The position numbers and the translations under genes were made by a program. DNA of 64,000 bases, taken from the NCBI GenBank assembly GCA_051362555.1, contig CM120640.1, positions 29,841,967 through 29,905,966 of the forward strand, written 5' to 3'. Origin of the DNA: Lingula anatina (Eukaryota > Animalia > Brachiopoda). Within the stretch, counting starts at the first letter, position 1. The number at the start of each line of letters is the position of its first letter. The notes beneath the pieces are model-generated. The model worked only from the letters and a program-made list of their open reading frames with translations, was not told where the DNA came from and did not search any database. Shown piece after piece: positions 14,001 to 29,000 of the stretch.

Positions 14001-17000
14001 ATTGTAGTTGTTTGACATTTTGTATGCAAAGAGTGGGAATTATCTACAATATTTTTTTTTTCAATTTCACAACATCTAATTAGACTCACATTAAACATCT
14101 AATATTATGATTTGAGTTTGTGTAAGAGGTGACAAATTACCCATAATTTTCCTCTGGAAAAGAACATATACCCATGTAAGACATCTCCTTACTACCAATA
14201 CCAGATGCAGATTCCTCCTTACAATCGGTTTCATGAATAGGGTTTAGCACACCATTTGACAATGTCCTAAAGCTTGCCATATACCATCTATTGTACACAT
14301 GGATGAGACATAGCATTGGTCTTGCTGTTGTCTTTCGCTGTCTGTTTTTTCTATAGGAATTAGCCCTGACCAGACAGGAAGAATCAGTTCACCAAAAAAG
14401 CCATCACGCTGTATGGAAAAGGTCACCTGGAAAAAGAACAATATGTTTGATAAAAGTGAAAATTAAAATTCTAACAATTGACAAATTTCCCACACTAAAA
14501 TAGTTGAACAATAATTTTGATAAACTTAACCTAAAAAGTTGACTATGTCTAATAAAAAGGATATTTGGAGAACATATAAATTTGAGAAATACTGAAAATG
14601 ACATTGAAAAGACTGCCAAATGCGGTGCTTTAAAATAGTTAAATGTTAATAATTTTCACAAATCTTGCCAATATTTGTGAAATTTGGACAGATGATGCAT
14701 AACAACAATAAAAATCTGTGATAAGCTCATCAGTTGACTGTGTCTCATGAAAAACATTTTTTTTTGCGACAATAAATTTGAGAAAACTGAAAATAACACT
14801 GAAACGTCTGCCAAATTCCATAGCTTAAAATAGTTAAACGTTAATTATTTTCACAAATCTTGTCTAATATTTGTGAAATTTGGATAGATGATGCATAACA
14901 ACAATAAAAATCTGTGATAAGCTCATCAGTTGACTGTGTCTCATGAAAAATATTTTTTTGGACAATAAATTTGAGAAAACTGAAAATGACATTGAAAAGA
15001 CTGCCAAATTCCATGGCTTAAAATAGTTAAACGTTAATAATTTTCACAAATCTTGTCTAATATTTGTGAATTTTGGATAGATGATGCATAACAACAAAAA
15101 AAATCTGTGATAAGCTCATCAGTTGACTGTGTCTCATGAAAAACATTTTTTTAGACAATAAATTTGAGAAAACTGAAAATGACATTGAAAAGACTGCCAA
15201 ATTCCATGGCTTAAAATAGTTAAACGTTAATAATTTTCACAAATCTTGTCTAATATTTGTGAATTTTGGATAGATGATGCATAACAACAATAAAAATCTG
15301 TGATAAGCTCATCAGTTGACTGTGTCTCATGAAAAACATTTTTCGGAGCAAATAAATGTGAGAAAACTGAAAATGACATTGAAAAGACTGCCAAATTCCA
15401 TGGCTTAAAATAGTTAAACGTTAATAATTTTCACAAATCTTGTCTAATATTTGTGAAATTTGGATAGATGATGCATAACAACAATAAAAATCTGTGATAA
15501 GCTCATCAGTTGACTGTGTCTCATGAAAAATATTTTTTTGGACAATAAATTTGAGAAAACTGAAAATGACATTGAAAAGACTGCCAAATTCCATGGTATA
15601 AAATAGTTAAACGTTAATATTTTTCACAAATCTTGTCTAATATTTGTGGAATTTGGATAGATGATGCACAACAACAATAAAAATCTGTGATAAGCTCATC
15701 AGTTGACTGTGTCTCATTAAAAATATTTTTTTGGACAATAAATTTGAGAAAATTGAAAATGACACTGAAAAGACTGCAAAATACGGTGCCTTAAAATAGT
15801 TAAACGTTAATAATTTTCACAAAACTTGCTCAATATTTGTGAAATTTGAAGAGATGATCCTTAACAAAAACAAATATCTGTGATAAGCTTAACAGTTAAC
15901 AGTGTGTGATAGAATTGTAGTTGTTTGACATTTTGTATGCGAAGAGTGGGAATTATCTACAATATTTTTTTTTCAATTTCACAACATCTAATTAGACTCA
16001 CATTAAACATCAAATATTATGATTTGAGTTTGTTTGTGTAAGAGGTGACAAATTACCCATAATTTTCCTCTGGAAAAGAACATATACCCATGTAAGACAT
16101 CTCCTTACTACCAATACCAGATGCAGATTCCTCCTTACAATCGGTTTCTTACATAGGGTTTAGCACACCAATTGACAATGTCCTAAAGCTTGCCATATAC
16201 CATCTATTGTACACATGGATGAGACATAGCATTGGTCTTGCTGTTGTCTTTCGCTGTCTGTTTTTTCTATAGGAATTAGCCCTGACCAGACAGGAAGAAT
16301 CAGTTCACCAAAAAAGCCATCACGCTGTATGGAAAAGGTCACCTGGAAAAAGAACAATATGTTTGATAAAAGTGAAAATTAAAATTCTAACAATTGACAA
16401 ATTTCCCACACTAAAATAGTTGAACAATAATTTTGATAAACTTAACCTAAAAAGTTAACTATGTCTAATAAAAAGGATATTTGGAGAACATATAAATTTG
16501 AGAAATACTGAAAATGACATTGAAAAGACTGCCAAATGCGGTGCTTTAAAATAGTTAAATGTTAATAATTTTCACAAATCTTGTCCAATATTTGTGAAAT
16601 TTGGACAGATGATGCATAACAATAATAAAAATCTGTGATAAGCTCATCAGTTGACTGTGTCTCATGAAAAAGATTTTTTTTGGACAATAAATTTGAGAAA
16701 ACTGACAATAACACTGAAACAACTGCCAAATTCTATGGTTTAAAATAGTTAAACGTTAATATTTTTCACAAATTTTGTCTAATATTTGTGGAATTTGGAT
16801 AGATGATGCATAACAACAATAAAAATCTGTGATAAGCTCATCAGTTGACTGTGTCTCATTAAAAATATTTTTTTGGACAATAAATTTGAGAAAATTGAAA
16901 ATGACACTGAAAAGACTGCAAAATGCGGTGCCTTAAAATAGTTAAACGTTAATAATTTTCACAAAACTTGCTCAATATTTGTGAAATTTGAAGAGATGAT

Positions 17001-20000
17001 CCTTAACAAAAACAAATATCTGTGATAAGCTTAACAGTTAACAGTGTGTGATAGAATTGTAGTTGTTTGACATTTTGTATGCAAAGAGTGGGAATTATCT
17101 ACAATATTTTTTTTTTCAATTTCACAACATCTAATTAGACTCACATTAAACATCTAATATTATGATTTGAGTTTGTGTAAGAGGTGACAAATTACCCATA
17201 ATTTTCCTCTGGAAAAGAACATATACCCATGTAAGACATCTCCTTACTACCAATACCAGATGCAGATTCCTCCTTACAATCGGTTTCTTGAATAGGGTTT
17301 AGCACACCATTTGACAATGTCCTAAAGCTTGCCATATACCATCTATTGTACACATGGATGAGACATAGCATTGGTCTTGCTGTTGTCTTTCGCTGTCTGT
17401 TTTTTCTATAGGAATTAGCCCTGACCAGACAGGAAGAATCAGTTCACCAAAAAAGCCATCACGCTGTATGGAAAAGGTCACCTGGAAAAAGAACAATATG
17501 TTTGATAAAAGTGAAAATTAAAATTCTAAAAATTGACAAATTTCCCACACTAAAATAGTTGAACAATAATTTTGATAAACTTAACCTAAAAAGTTGACTA
17601 TGTCTAATAAAAAGGATATTTGGAGAACATATAAATTTGAGAAATACTGAAAATGACATTGAAAAGACTGCCAAATGCGGTGCTTTAAAATAGTTAAATG
17701 TTAATAATTTTTACAAATCTTGTCCAATATTTGTGAAATTTGGACAGATGATGCATAACAATAATAAAAATCTGTGATAAGCTCATCAGTTGACTGTGTC
17801 TCATGAAAAACATTTTTTTTTTGCGACAATAAATTTGAGAAAACTGAAAATAACACTGAAACGTCTGCCAAATTCCATAGCTTAAAATAGTTAAACGTTA
17901 ATAATTTTCACAAATCTTGTCTAATATTTGTGAATTTTGGATAGATGATGCATAACAACAATAAAAATCTGTGATTAGCTCATCAGTTGACTGTGTCTCA
18001 TGAAAAATATTTTTTTGGACAATAAATTTGAGAAAACTGAAAATGACATTGAAAAGACTGCCAAATTCCATGGCTTAAAATAGTTAAACGTTAATAATTT
18101 TCACAAATCTTGTCAAATATTTGTGAATTTTGGATAGATGTTGCATAACAACAATAAAAATCTGTGATAAGCTCATCAGTTGACTGTGTCTCATGAAAAA
18201 CATTTTTCGGAGCAAATAAATGTGAGAAAACTGAAAATGACACTGAAAAGACTGCCAAATTCCATGGTATAAAATAGTTAAACGTTAATATTTTTCACAA
18301 ATCTTGTCTAATATTTGTGGAATTTGGATAGATGATGCATAACAACAATAAAAATCTGTGATAAGCTCATCAGTTGACTGTGTCTCATGAAAAAGATTAT
18401 TTTTGGACAATAAATTTGAGAAAACTGACAATAACACTGAAACAACTGCCAAATTCTATGGTTTAAAATAGTTAAACGTTAATAATTTTCACAAATCTTG
18501 TCTAATATTTGTGAAATTTGGATAGATGATGCATAACAACAATAAAAATCTGTGATAAGCTCATCAGTTGACTGTGTCTCATTAAAAATATTTTTTTGGA
18601 CAATAAATTTGAGAAAATTGAAAATGACACTGAAAAGACTGCAAAATGCGGTGCCTTAAAATAGTTAAATGTTAATAATTTTCACAAAACTTGCTCAATA
18701 TTTGTGAAATTTGAAGAGATGATCCTTAACAAAAACAAATATCTGTGATAAGCTTAACAGTTTACAGTGTGTGATAGAATTGTAGTTGTTTGACATTTTG
18801 TATGCGAAGAGTGAGAATTATCTACAATATTTTTTTTTCAATTTCACAACATCTAATTAGACTCACATTAAACATCAAATATTATGATTTGAGTTTGTTT
18901 GTGTAAGAGGTGACAAATTACCCATAATTTTCCTCTGGAAAAGAACATATACCCATGTAAGACATCTCCTTACTACCAATACCAGATGCAGATTCCTCCT
19001 TACAATCGGTTTCTTGAATAGGGTTTAGCACACCATTTAACAATGTCCTAAAGCTTGCCATATACCATCTATTGTACACATGGATGAGACATAGCATTGG
19101 TCTTGCTGTTGTCTTTCGCTGTCTGTTTTTTCTATAGGAATTAGCCCTGACCAGACAGGAAGAATCAGTTCACCAAAAAAGCCATCACGCTGTATGGAAA
19201 AGGTCACCTGGAAAAAGAACAATATGTTTGATAAAAGTGAAAATTAAAATTCTAAAAATTGACAAATTTCCCACACTAAAATAGTTGAACAATAATTTTG
19301 ATAAACTTAACCTAAAAAGTTGACTATGTCTAATAAAAAGGATATTTGGAGAACATATAAATTTGAGAAATACTGAAAATGACATTGAAAAGACTGCCAA
19401 ATGCGGTGCTTTAAAATAGTTAAATGTTAATAATTTTTACAAATCTTGTCCAATATTTGTGAAATTTGGACAGATGATGCATAACAATAATAAAAATCTG
19501 TGATAAGCTCATCAGTTGACTGTGTCTCATGAAAAACATTTTTTTTTTGCGACAATAAATTTGAGAAAACTGAAAATAACACTGAAACGTCTGCCAAATT
19601 CCATAGCTTAAAATAGTTAAACGTTAATAATTTTCACAAATCTTGTCTAATATTTGTGAATTTTGGATAGATGATGCATAACAACAATAAAAATCTGTGA
19701 TTAGCTCATCAGTTGACTGTGTCTCATGAAAAATATTTTTTTGGACAATAAATTTGAGAAAACTGAAAATGACATTGAAAAGACTGCCAAATTCCATGGC
19801 TTAAAATAGTTAAACGTTAATAATTTTCACAAATCTTGTCAAATATTTGTGAATTTTGGATAGATGTTGCATAACAACAATAAAAATCTGTGATAAGCTC
19901 ATCAGTTGACTGTGTCTCATGAAAAACATTTTTCGGAGCAAATAAATGTGAGAAAACTGAAAATGACACTGAAAAGACTGCCAAATTCCATGGTATAAAA

Positions 20001-23000
20001 TAGTTAAACGTTAATATTTTTCACAAATCTTGTCTAATATTTGTGGAATTTGGATAGATGATGCATAACAACAATAAAAATCTGTGATAAGCTCATCAGT
20101 TGACTGTGTCTCATGAAAAAGATTATTTTTGGACAATAAATTTGAGAAAACTGACAATAACACTGAAACAACTGCCAAATTCTATGGTTTAAAATAGTTA
20201 AACGTTAATAATTTTCACAAATCTTGTCTAATATTTGTGAAATTTGGATAGATGATGCATAACAACAATAAAAATCTGTGATAAGCTCATCAGTTGACTG
20301 TGTCTCATTAAAAATATTTTTTTGGACAATAAATTTGAGAAAATTGAAAATGACACTGAAAAGACTGCAAAATGCGGTGCCTTAAAATAGTTAAATGTTA
20401 ATAATTTTCACAAAACTTGCTCAATATTTGTGAAATTTGAAGAGATGATCCTTAACAAAAACAAATATCTGTGATAAGCTTAACAGTTTACAGTGTGTGA
20501 TAGAATTGTAGTTGTTTGACATTTTGTATGCGAAGAGTGAGAATTATCTACAATATTTTTTTTTCAATTTCACAACATCTAATTAGACTCACATTAAACA
20601 TCAAATATTATGATTTGAGTTTGTTTGTGTAAGAGGTGACAAATTACCCATAATTTTCCTCTGGAAAAGAACATATACCCATGTAAGACATCTCCTTACT
20701 ACCAATACCAGATGCAGATTCCTCCTTACAATCGGTTTCTTGAATAGGGTTTAGCACACCATTTAACAATGTCCTAAAGCTTGCCATATACCATCTATTG
20801 TACACATGGACGAGACATAGCATTGGTCTTGCTGTTGTCTTTTGCTGTCTGTTTTTTCTATAGGAATTAGCCCTGACCAGACAGGAAGAATCAGTTCACC
20901 AAAAAAGCCATCACGCTGTATGGAAAAGATCAACTGGAAAAAGAACAATATGTTTGATAAAAGTGAAAATTAAAATTCTAAAAATTGACAAATTTCCCAC
21001 ACTAAAATAGTTGAACAATAATTTTGATAAACTTAACCTAAAAAGTTGACTATGTCTAATAAAAAGGATATTTGGAGAACATATAAATTTGAGAAATACT
21101 GAAAATGACATTGAAAAGACTGCCAAATGCGGTGCTTTAAAATAGTTAAATGTTAATAATTTTCACAAATCTTGTCCAATATTTGTGAAATTTGGACAGA
21201 TGATGCATAACAATAATAAAAATCTGTGATAAGCTCATCAGTTGACTGTGTCTCATGAAAAACATTTTTTTTTGCGACAATAAATTTGAGAAAACTGAAA
21301 ATAACACTGAAACGTCTGCCAAATTCCATAGCTTAAAATAGTTAAACGTTAATTATTTTCACAAATCTTGTCTAATATTTGTGAAATTTGGATAGATGAT
21401 GCATAACAACAATAAAAATCTGTGATAAGCTCATCAGTTGACTGTGTCTCATGAAAAATATTTTTTTGGACAATAAATTTGAGAAAACTGAAAATGACAT
21501 TGAAAAGACTGCCAAATTCCATGGCTTAAAATAGTTAAACGTTAATAATTTTCACAAATCTTGTCTAATATTTGTGAATTTTGGATAGATGATGCATAAC
21601 AACAATAAAAATCTGTGATAAGCTCATCAGTTGACTGTGTCTCATGAAAAACATTTTTCGGAGCAAATAAATTTGAGAAAACTGAAAATGACATTGAAAA
21701 GACTGCCAAATTCCATGGCTTAAAATAGTTAAACGTTAATAATTTTCACAAATCTTGTCTAATATTTGTGAAATTGGATAGATGATGCATAACAACAATA
21801 AAAATCTGTGATAAGCTCATCAGTTGACTGTGTCTCATGAAAAATATTTTTTTGGACAATAAATTTGAGAAAACTGAAAATGACATTGAAAAGACTGCCA
21901 AATTCCATGGTATAAAATAGTTAAACGTTAATATTTTTCACAAATCTTGTCTAATATTTGTGGAATTTGGATAGATGATGCACAACAACAATAAAAATCT
22001 GTGATAAGCTCATCAGTTGACTGTGTCTCATTAAAAATATTTTTTTGGACAATAAATTTGAGAAAATTGAAAATGACACTGAAAAGACTGCAAAATACGG
22101 TGCCTTAAAATAGTTAAACGTTAATAATTTTCACAAAACTTGCTCAATATTTGTGAAATTTGAAGAGATGATCCTTAACAAAAACAAATATCTGTGATAA
22201 GCTTAACAGTTAACAGTGTGTGATAGAATTGTAGTTGTTTGACATTTTGTATGCGAAGAGTGGGAATTATCTACAATATTTTTTTTTCAATTTCACAACA
22301 TCTAATTAGACTCACATTAAACATCAAATATTATGATTTGAGTTTGTTTGTGTAAGAGGTGACAAATTACCCATAATTTTCCTCTGGAAAAGAACATATA
22401 CCCATGTAAGACATCTCCTTACTACCAATACCAGATGCAGATTCCTCCTTACAATCGGTTTCTTACATAGGGTTTAGCACACCAATTGACAATGTCCTAA
22501 AGCTTGCCATATACCATCTATTGTACACATGGATGAGACATAGCATTGGTCTTGCTGTTGTCTTTCGCTGTCTGTTTTTTCTATAGGAATTAGCCCTGAC
22601 CAGACAGGAAGAATCAGTTCACCAAAAAAGCCATCACGCTGTATGGAAAAGGTCACCTGGAAAAAGAACAATATGTTTGATAAAAGTGAAAATTAAAATT
22701 CTAACAATTGACAAATTTCCCACACTAAAATAGTTGAACAATAATTTTGATAAACTTAACCTAAAAAGTTAACTATGTCTAATAAAAAGGATATTTGGAG
22801 AACATATAAATTTGAGAAATACTGAAAATGACATTGAAAAGACTGCCAAATGCGGTGCTTTAAAATAGTTAAATGTTAATAATTTTCACAAATCTTGTCC
22901 AATATTTGTGAAATTTGGACAGATGATGCATAACAATAATAAAAATCTGTGATAAGCTCATCAGTTGACTGTGTCTCATGAAAAAGATTTTTTTTGGACA

Positions 23001-26000
23001 ATAAATTTGAGAAAACTGACAATAACACTGAAACAACTGCCAAATTCTATGGTTTAAAATAGTTAAACGTTAATATTTTTCACAAATTTTGTCTAATATT
23101 TGTGGAATTTGGATAGATGATGCATAACAACAATAAAAATCTGTGATAAGCTCATCAGTTGACTGTGTCTCATTAAAAATATTTTTTTGGACAATAAATT
23201 TGAGAAAATTGAAAATGACACTGAAAAGACTGCAAAATGCGGTGCCTTAAAATAGTTAAACGTTAATAATTTTCACAAAACTTGCTCAATATTTGTGAAA
23301 TTTGAAGAGATGATCCTTAACAAAAACAAATATCTGTGATAAGCTTAACAGTTAACAGTGTGTGATAGAATTGTAGTTGTTTGACATTTTGTATGCAAAG
23401 AGTGGGAATTATCTACAATATTTTTTTTTTCAATTTCACAACATCTAATTAGACTCACATTAAACATCTAATATTATGATTTGAGTTTGTGTAAGAGGTG
23501 ACAAATTACCCATAATTTTCCTCTGGAAAAGAACATATACCCATGTAAGACATCTCCTTACTACCAATACCAGATGCAGATTCCTCCTTACAATCGGTTT
23601 CTTGAATAGGGTTTAGCACACCATTTGACAATGTCCTAAAGCTTGCCATATACCATCTATTGTACACATGGATGAGACATAGCATTGGTCTTGCTGTTGT
23701 CTTTCGCTGTCTGTTTTTTCTATAGGAATTAGCCCTGACCAGACAGGAAGAATCAGTTCACCAAAAAAGCCATCACGCTGTATGGAAAAGGTCACCTGGA
23801 AAAAGAACAATATGTTTGATAAAAGTGAAAATTAAAATTCTAAAAATTGACAAATTTCCCACACTAAAATAGTTGAACAATAATTTTGATAAACTTAACC
23901 TAAAAAGTTGACTATGTCTAATAAAAAGGATATTTGGAGAACATATAAATTTGAGAAATACTGAAAATGACATTGAAAAGACTGCCAAATGCGGTGCTTT
24001 AAAATAGTTAAATGTTAATAATTTTTACAAATCTTGTCCAATATTTGTGAAATTTGGACAGATGATGCATAACAATAATAAAAATCTGTCATGAAAAACA
24101 TTTTTCGGAGCAAATAAATGTGAGAAAACTGAAAATGACACTGAAAAGACTGCCAAATTCCATGGTATAAAATAGTTAAACGTTAATATTTTTCACAAAT
24201 CTTGTCTAATATTTGTGGAATTTGGATAGATGATGCATAACAACAATAAAAATCTGTGATAAGCTCATCAGTTGACTGTGTCTCATGAAAAAGATTATTT
24301 TTGGACAATAAATTTGAGAAAACTGACAATAACACTGAAACAACTGCCAAATTCTATGGTTTAAAATAGTTAAACGTTAATATTTTTCACAAATCTTGTC
24401 TAATATTTGTGGAATTTGGATAGATGATGCATAACAACAATAAAAATCTGTGATAAGCTCATCAGTTGACTGTGTCTCATTAAAAATATTTTTTTGGACA
24501 ATAAATTTGAGAAAATTGAAAATGACACTGAAAAGACTGCAAAATGCGGTGCCTTAAAATAGTTAAATGTTAATAATTTTCACAAAACTTGCTCAATATT
24601 TGTGAAATTTGAAGAGATGATCCTTAACAAAAACAAATATCTGTGATAAGCTTAACAGTTAACAGTGTGTGATAGAATTGTAGTTGTTTGACATTTTGTA
24701 TGCGAAGAGTGGGAATTATCTACAATATTTTTTTTTCAATTTCACAACATCTAATTAGACTCACATTAAACATCAAATATTATGATTTGAGTTTGTTTGT
24801 GTAAGAGGTGACAAATTACCCATAATTTTCCTCTGGAAAAGAACATATACCCATGTAAGACATCTCCTTACTACCAATACCAGATGCAGATTCCTCCTTA
24901 CAATCGGTTTCTTACATAGGGTTTAGCACACCAATTGACAATGTCCTAAAGCTTGCCATATACCATCTATTGTACACATGGATGAGACATAGCATTGGTC
25001 TTGCTGTTGTCTTTCGCTGTCTGTTTTTTCTATAGGAATTAGCCCTGACCAGACAGGAAGAATTAGTTCACCAAAAAAGCCATCACGCTGTATGGAAAAG
25101 GTCACCTGGAAAAAGAACAATATGTTTGATAAAAGTGAAAATTAAAATTCTAACAATTGACAAATTTCCCACACTAAAATAGTTGAACAATAATTTTGAT
25201 AAACTTAACCTAAAAAGTTAACTATGTCTAATAAAAAGGATATTTGGAGAACATATAAATTTGAGAAATACTGAAAATGACATTGAAAAGACTGCCAAAT
25301 GCGGTGCTTTAAAATAGTTAAATGTTAATAATTTTCACAAATCTTGTCCAATATTTGTGAAATTTGGACAGATGATGCATAACAATAATAAAAATCTGTG
25401 ATAAGCTCATCAGTTGACTGTGTCTCATGAAAAAGATTTTTTTTGGACAATAAATTTGAGAAAACTGACAATAACACTGAAACAACTGCCAAATTCTATG
25501 GTTTAAAATAGTTAAACGTTAATATTTTTCACAAATTTTGTCTAATATTTGTGGAATTTGGATAGATGATGCATAACAACAATAAAAATCTGTGATAAGC
25601 TCATCAGTTGACTGTGTCTCATTAAAAATATTTTTTTGGACAATAAATTTCAGAAAATTGAAAATGACACTGAAAAGACTGCAAAATGCGGTGCCTTAAA
25701 ATAGTTAAACGTTAATAATTTTCACAAAACTTGCTCAATATTTGTGAAATTTGAAGAGATGATCCTTAACAAAAACAAATATCTGTGATAAGCTTAACAG
25801 TTAACAGTGTGTGATAGAATTGTAGTTGTTTGACATTTTGTATGCAAAGAGTGGGAATTATCTACAATATTTTTTTTTTCAATTTCACAACATCTAATTA
25901 GACTCACATTAAACATCAAATATTATGATTTGAGTTTGTGTAAGAGGTGACAAATTACCCATAATTTTCCTCTGGAAAAGAACATATACCCATGTAAGAC

Positions 26001-29000
26001 ATCTCCTTACTACCAATACCAGATGCAGATTCCTCCTTACAATCGGTTTCTTGAATAGGGTTTAGCACCCCATTTGACAATGTCCTAAAGCTTGCCATAT
26101 ACCATCTATTGTACACATGGATGAGACATAGCATTGGTCTTGCTGTTGTCTTTCGCTGTCTGTTTTATCTATAGGAATTAGCCCTGACCAGACAGGAAGA
26201 ATCAGTTCACCAAAAAATCCTTCAGGCTGTATGGAAAAGGTCACCTGGAAAAAGAACAATATGTTTGATAAAAGTGAAAATTAAAATTCTAAAAATTGAC
26301 AAATTTCCCACACTAAAATAGTTGAACAATAATTTTGATAAACTTAACCTAAAAAGTTGACTATGTCTAATAAAAAGGATATTTGGAGAACATATAAATT
26401 TGAGAAATACTGAAAATGACATTGAAAAGACTGCCAAATGCGGTGCTTTAAAATAGTTAAATGTTAATAATTTTCACAAATCTTGTCCAATATTTGTGAA
26501 ATTTGGACAGATGATGCATAACAATAATAAAAATCTGTGATAAGCTCATCAGTTGACTGTGTCTCATGAAAAACATTTTTTTTTGCGACAATAAATTTGA
26601 GAAAACTGAAAATAACACTGAAACGTCTGCCAAATTCCATAGCTTAAAATAGTTAAACGTTAATTATTTTCACAAATCTTGTCTAATATTTGTGAAATTT
26701 GGATAGATGATGCATAACAACAATAAAAATCTGTGATAAGCTCATCAGTTGACTGTGTCTCATGAAAAATATTTTTTTGGACAATAAATTTGAGAAAACT
26801 GAAAATGACATTGAAAAGACTGCCAAATTCCATGGCTTAAAATAGTTAAACGTTAATAATTTTCACAAATCTTGTCTAATATTTGTGAATTTTGGATAGA
26901 TGATGCATAACAACAATAAAAATCTGTGATAAGCTCATCAGTTGACTGTGTCTCATGAAAAATATTTTTTTGGACAATAAATTTGAGAAAACTGAAAATA
27001 ACATTGAAAAGACTGCCAAATTCCATGGCTTAAAATAGTTAAACGTTAATAATTTTCACAAATCTTGTCTAATATTTGTGAATTTTGGATAGATGATGCA
27101 TAACAACAATAAAAATCTGTGATAAGCTCATCAGTTGACTGTGTCTCATGAAAAACATTTTTTTGGACAATAAATTTGAGAAAACTGAAAATGACACTGA
27201 AAAGACTGCCAAATTCCATGGTATAAAATAGTTAAACGTTAATATTTTTCACAAATCTTGTCTAATATTTGTGGAATTTGGATAGATGATGCATAACAAC
27301 AATAAAAATCTGTGATAAGCTCATCAGTTGACTGTGTCTCATGAAAAAGATTTTTTTTGGACAATAAATTTGAGAAAACTGACAATAACACTGAAACAAC
27401 TGCCAAATTCTATGGTTTAAAATAGTTAAACGTTAATTATTTTCACAAATCTTGTCTAATATTTGTGAAATTTGGATAGATGATGCATAACAACAATAAA
27501 AATCTGTGATAAGCTCATCAGTTGACTGTGTCTCATTAAAAATATTTTTTTGGACAATAAATTTGAGAAAACTGACAATAACACTGAAAAGACTGCAAAA
27601 TGCGGTGCCTTAAAATAGTTAAACGTTAATAATTTTCACAAAACTTGCTCAATATTTGTGAAATTTGGAGAGATGATGCTTAACAATAACAAATATCTGT
27701 GACAAGCTTAAAAGTTGACAGTGTGTGATAGAATTGTAGTTGATTGACATTTTGTATGCAAAGAGTGAGAATTATCTACAATATTTTTTTTTCAATTTCA
27801 CAACATCTAATTAGACTCACATTAAACATCAAATATTATGATTTGAGTTTGTTTGTGTAAGAGGTGACAAATTACCCATAATTTTCCTCTGGAAAAGAAC
27901 ATATACCCATGTAAGACATCTCCTTACTACCAATACCAGATGCAGATTCCTCCTTACAATCGGTTTCTTGAATAGGGTTTAGCACACCATTTGACAATGT
28001 CCTAAAGCTTGCCATATACCATCTATTGTACACATGCATGAGACATAGCATTGGTCTTGCTGTTGTCTTTCGCTGTCTGTTTTTTCTATAGGAATTAGCC
28101 CTGACCAGACAGGAAGAATCAGTTCACCAAAAAAGCCATCACGCTGTATGGAAAAGGTCACCTGGAAAAAGAACAATATGTTTGATAAAAGTGAAAATTA
28201 AAATTCTAAAAATTGACAAATTTCCCACACTAAAATAGTTGAACAATAATTTTGATAAACTTAACCTAAAAAGTTGACTATGTCTAATAAAAAGGATATT
28301 TGGAGAACATATAAATTTGAGAAATACTGAAAATGACATTGAAAAGACTGCCAAATGCGGTGCTTTAAAATAGTTAAATGTTAATAATTTTCACAAATCT
28401 TGTCCAATATTTGTGAAATTTGGACAGATGATGCATAACAATAATAAAAATCTGTGATAAGCTCATCAGTTGACTGTGTCTCATAAAAAACATTTTTTTT
28501 TTGCAACAATAAATTTGAGAAAACTGAAAATAACACTGAAACGTCTGCCAAATTCCATAGCTTAAAACAGTTAAACGTTAATAATTTTCACAAATCTTGT
28601 CTAATGTTTATGAAATTTGGATAGATGATGCATAACAACAATAAAAATCTGTGATAAGCTCATCATATGACTGTGTCTCATGAAAAATATTTTTTTGGAC
28701 AATAAATTTGAGAAAACTGAAAATGACATTGAAAAGACTGCCAAATTCCATGGCTTAAAATAGTTAAACGTTAATAATTTTCACAAATCTTGTCTAATAT
28801 TTGTGAATTGTGGATAGATGATGCATAACAACAATAAAAATCTGTGATAAGCTCATCAGTTGACTGTGTCTCATGAAAAACATTTTTCGGAGCAAATAAA
28901 TGTGAGAAAACTGAAAATGACACTGAAAAGACTGCCAAATTCCATGGTATAAAATAGTTAACGTTAATATTTTTCACAAATCTTGTCTAATATTTGTGGA

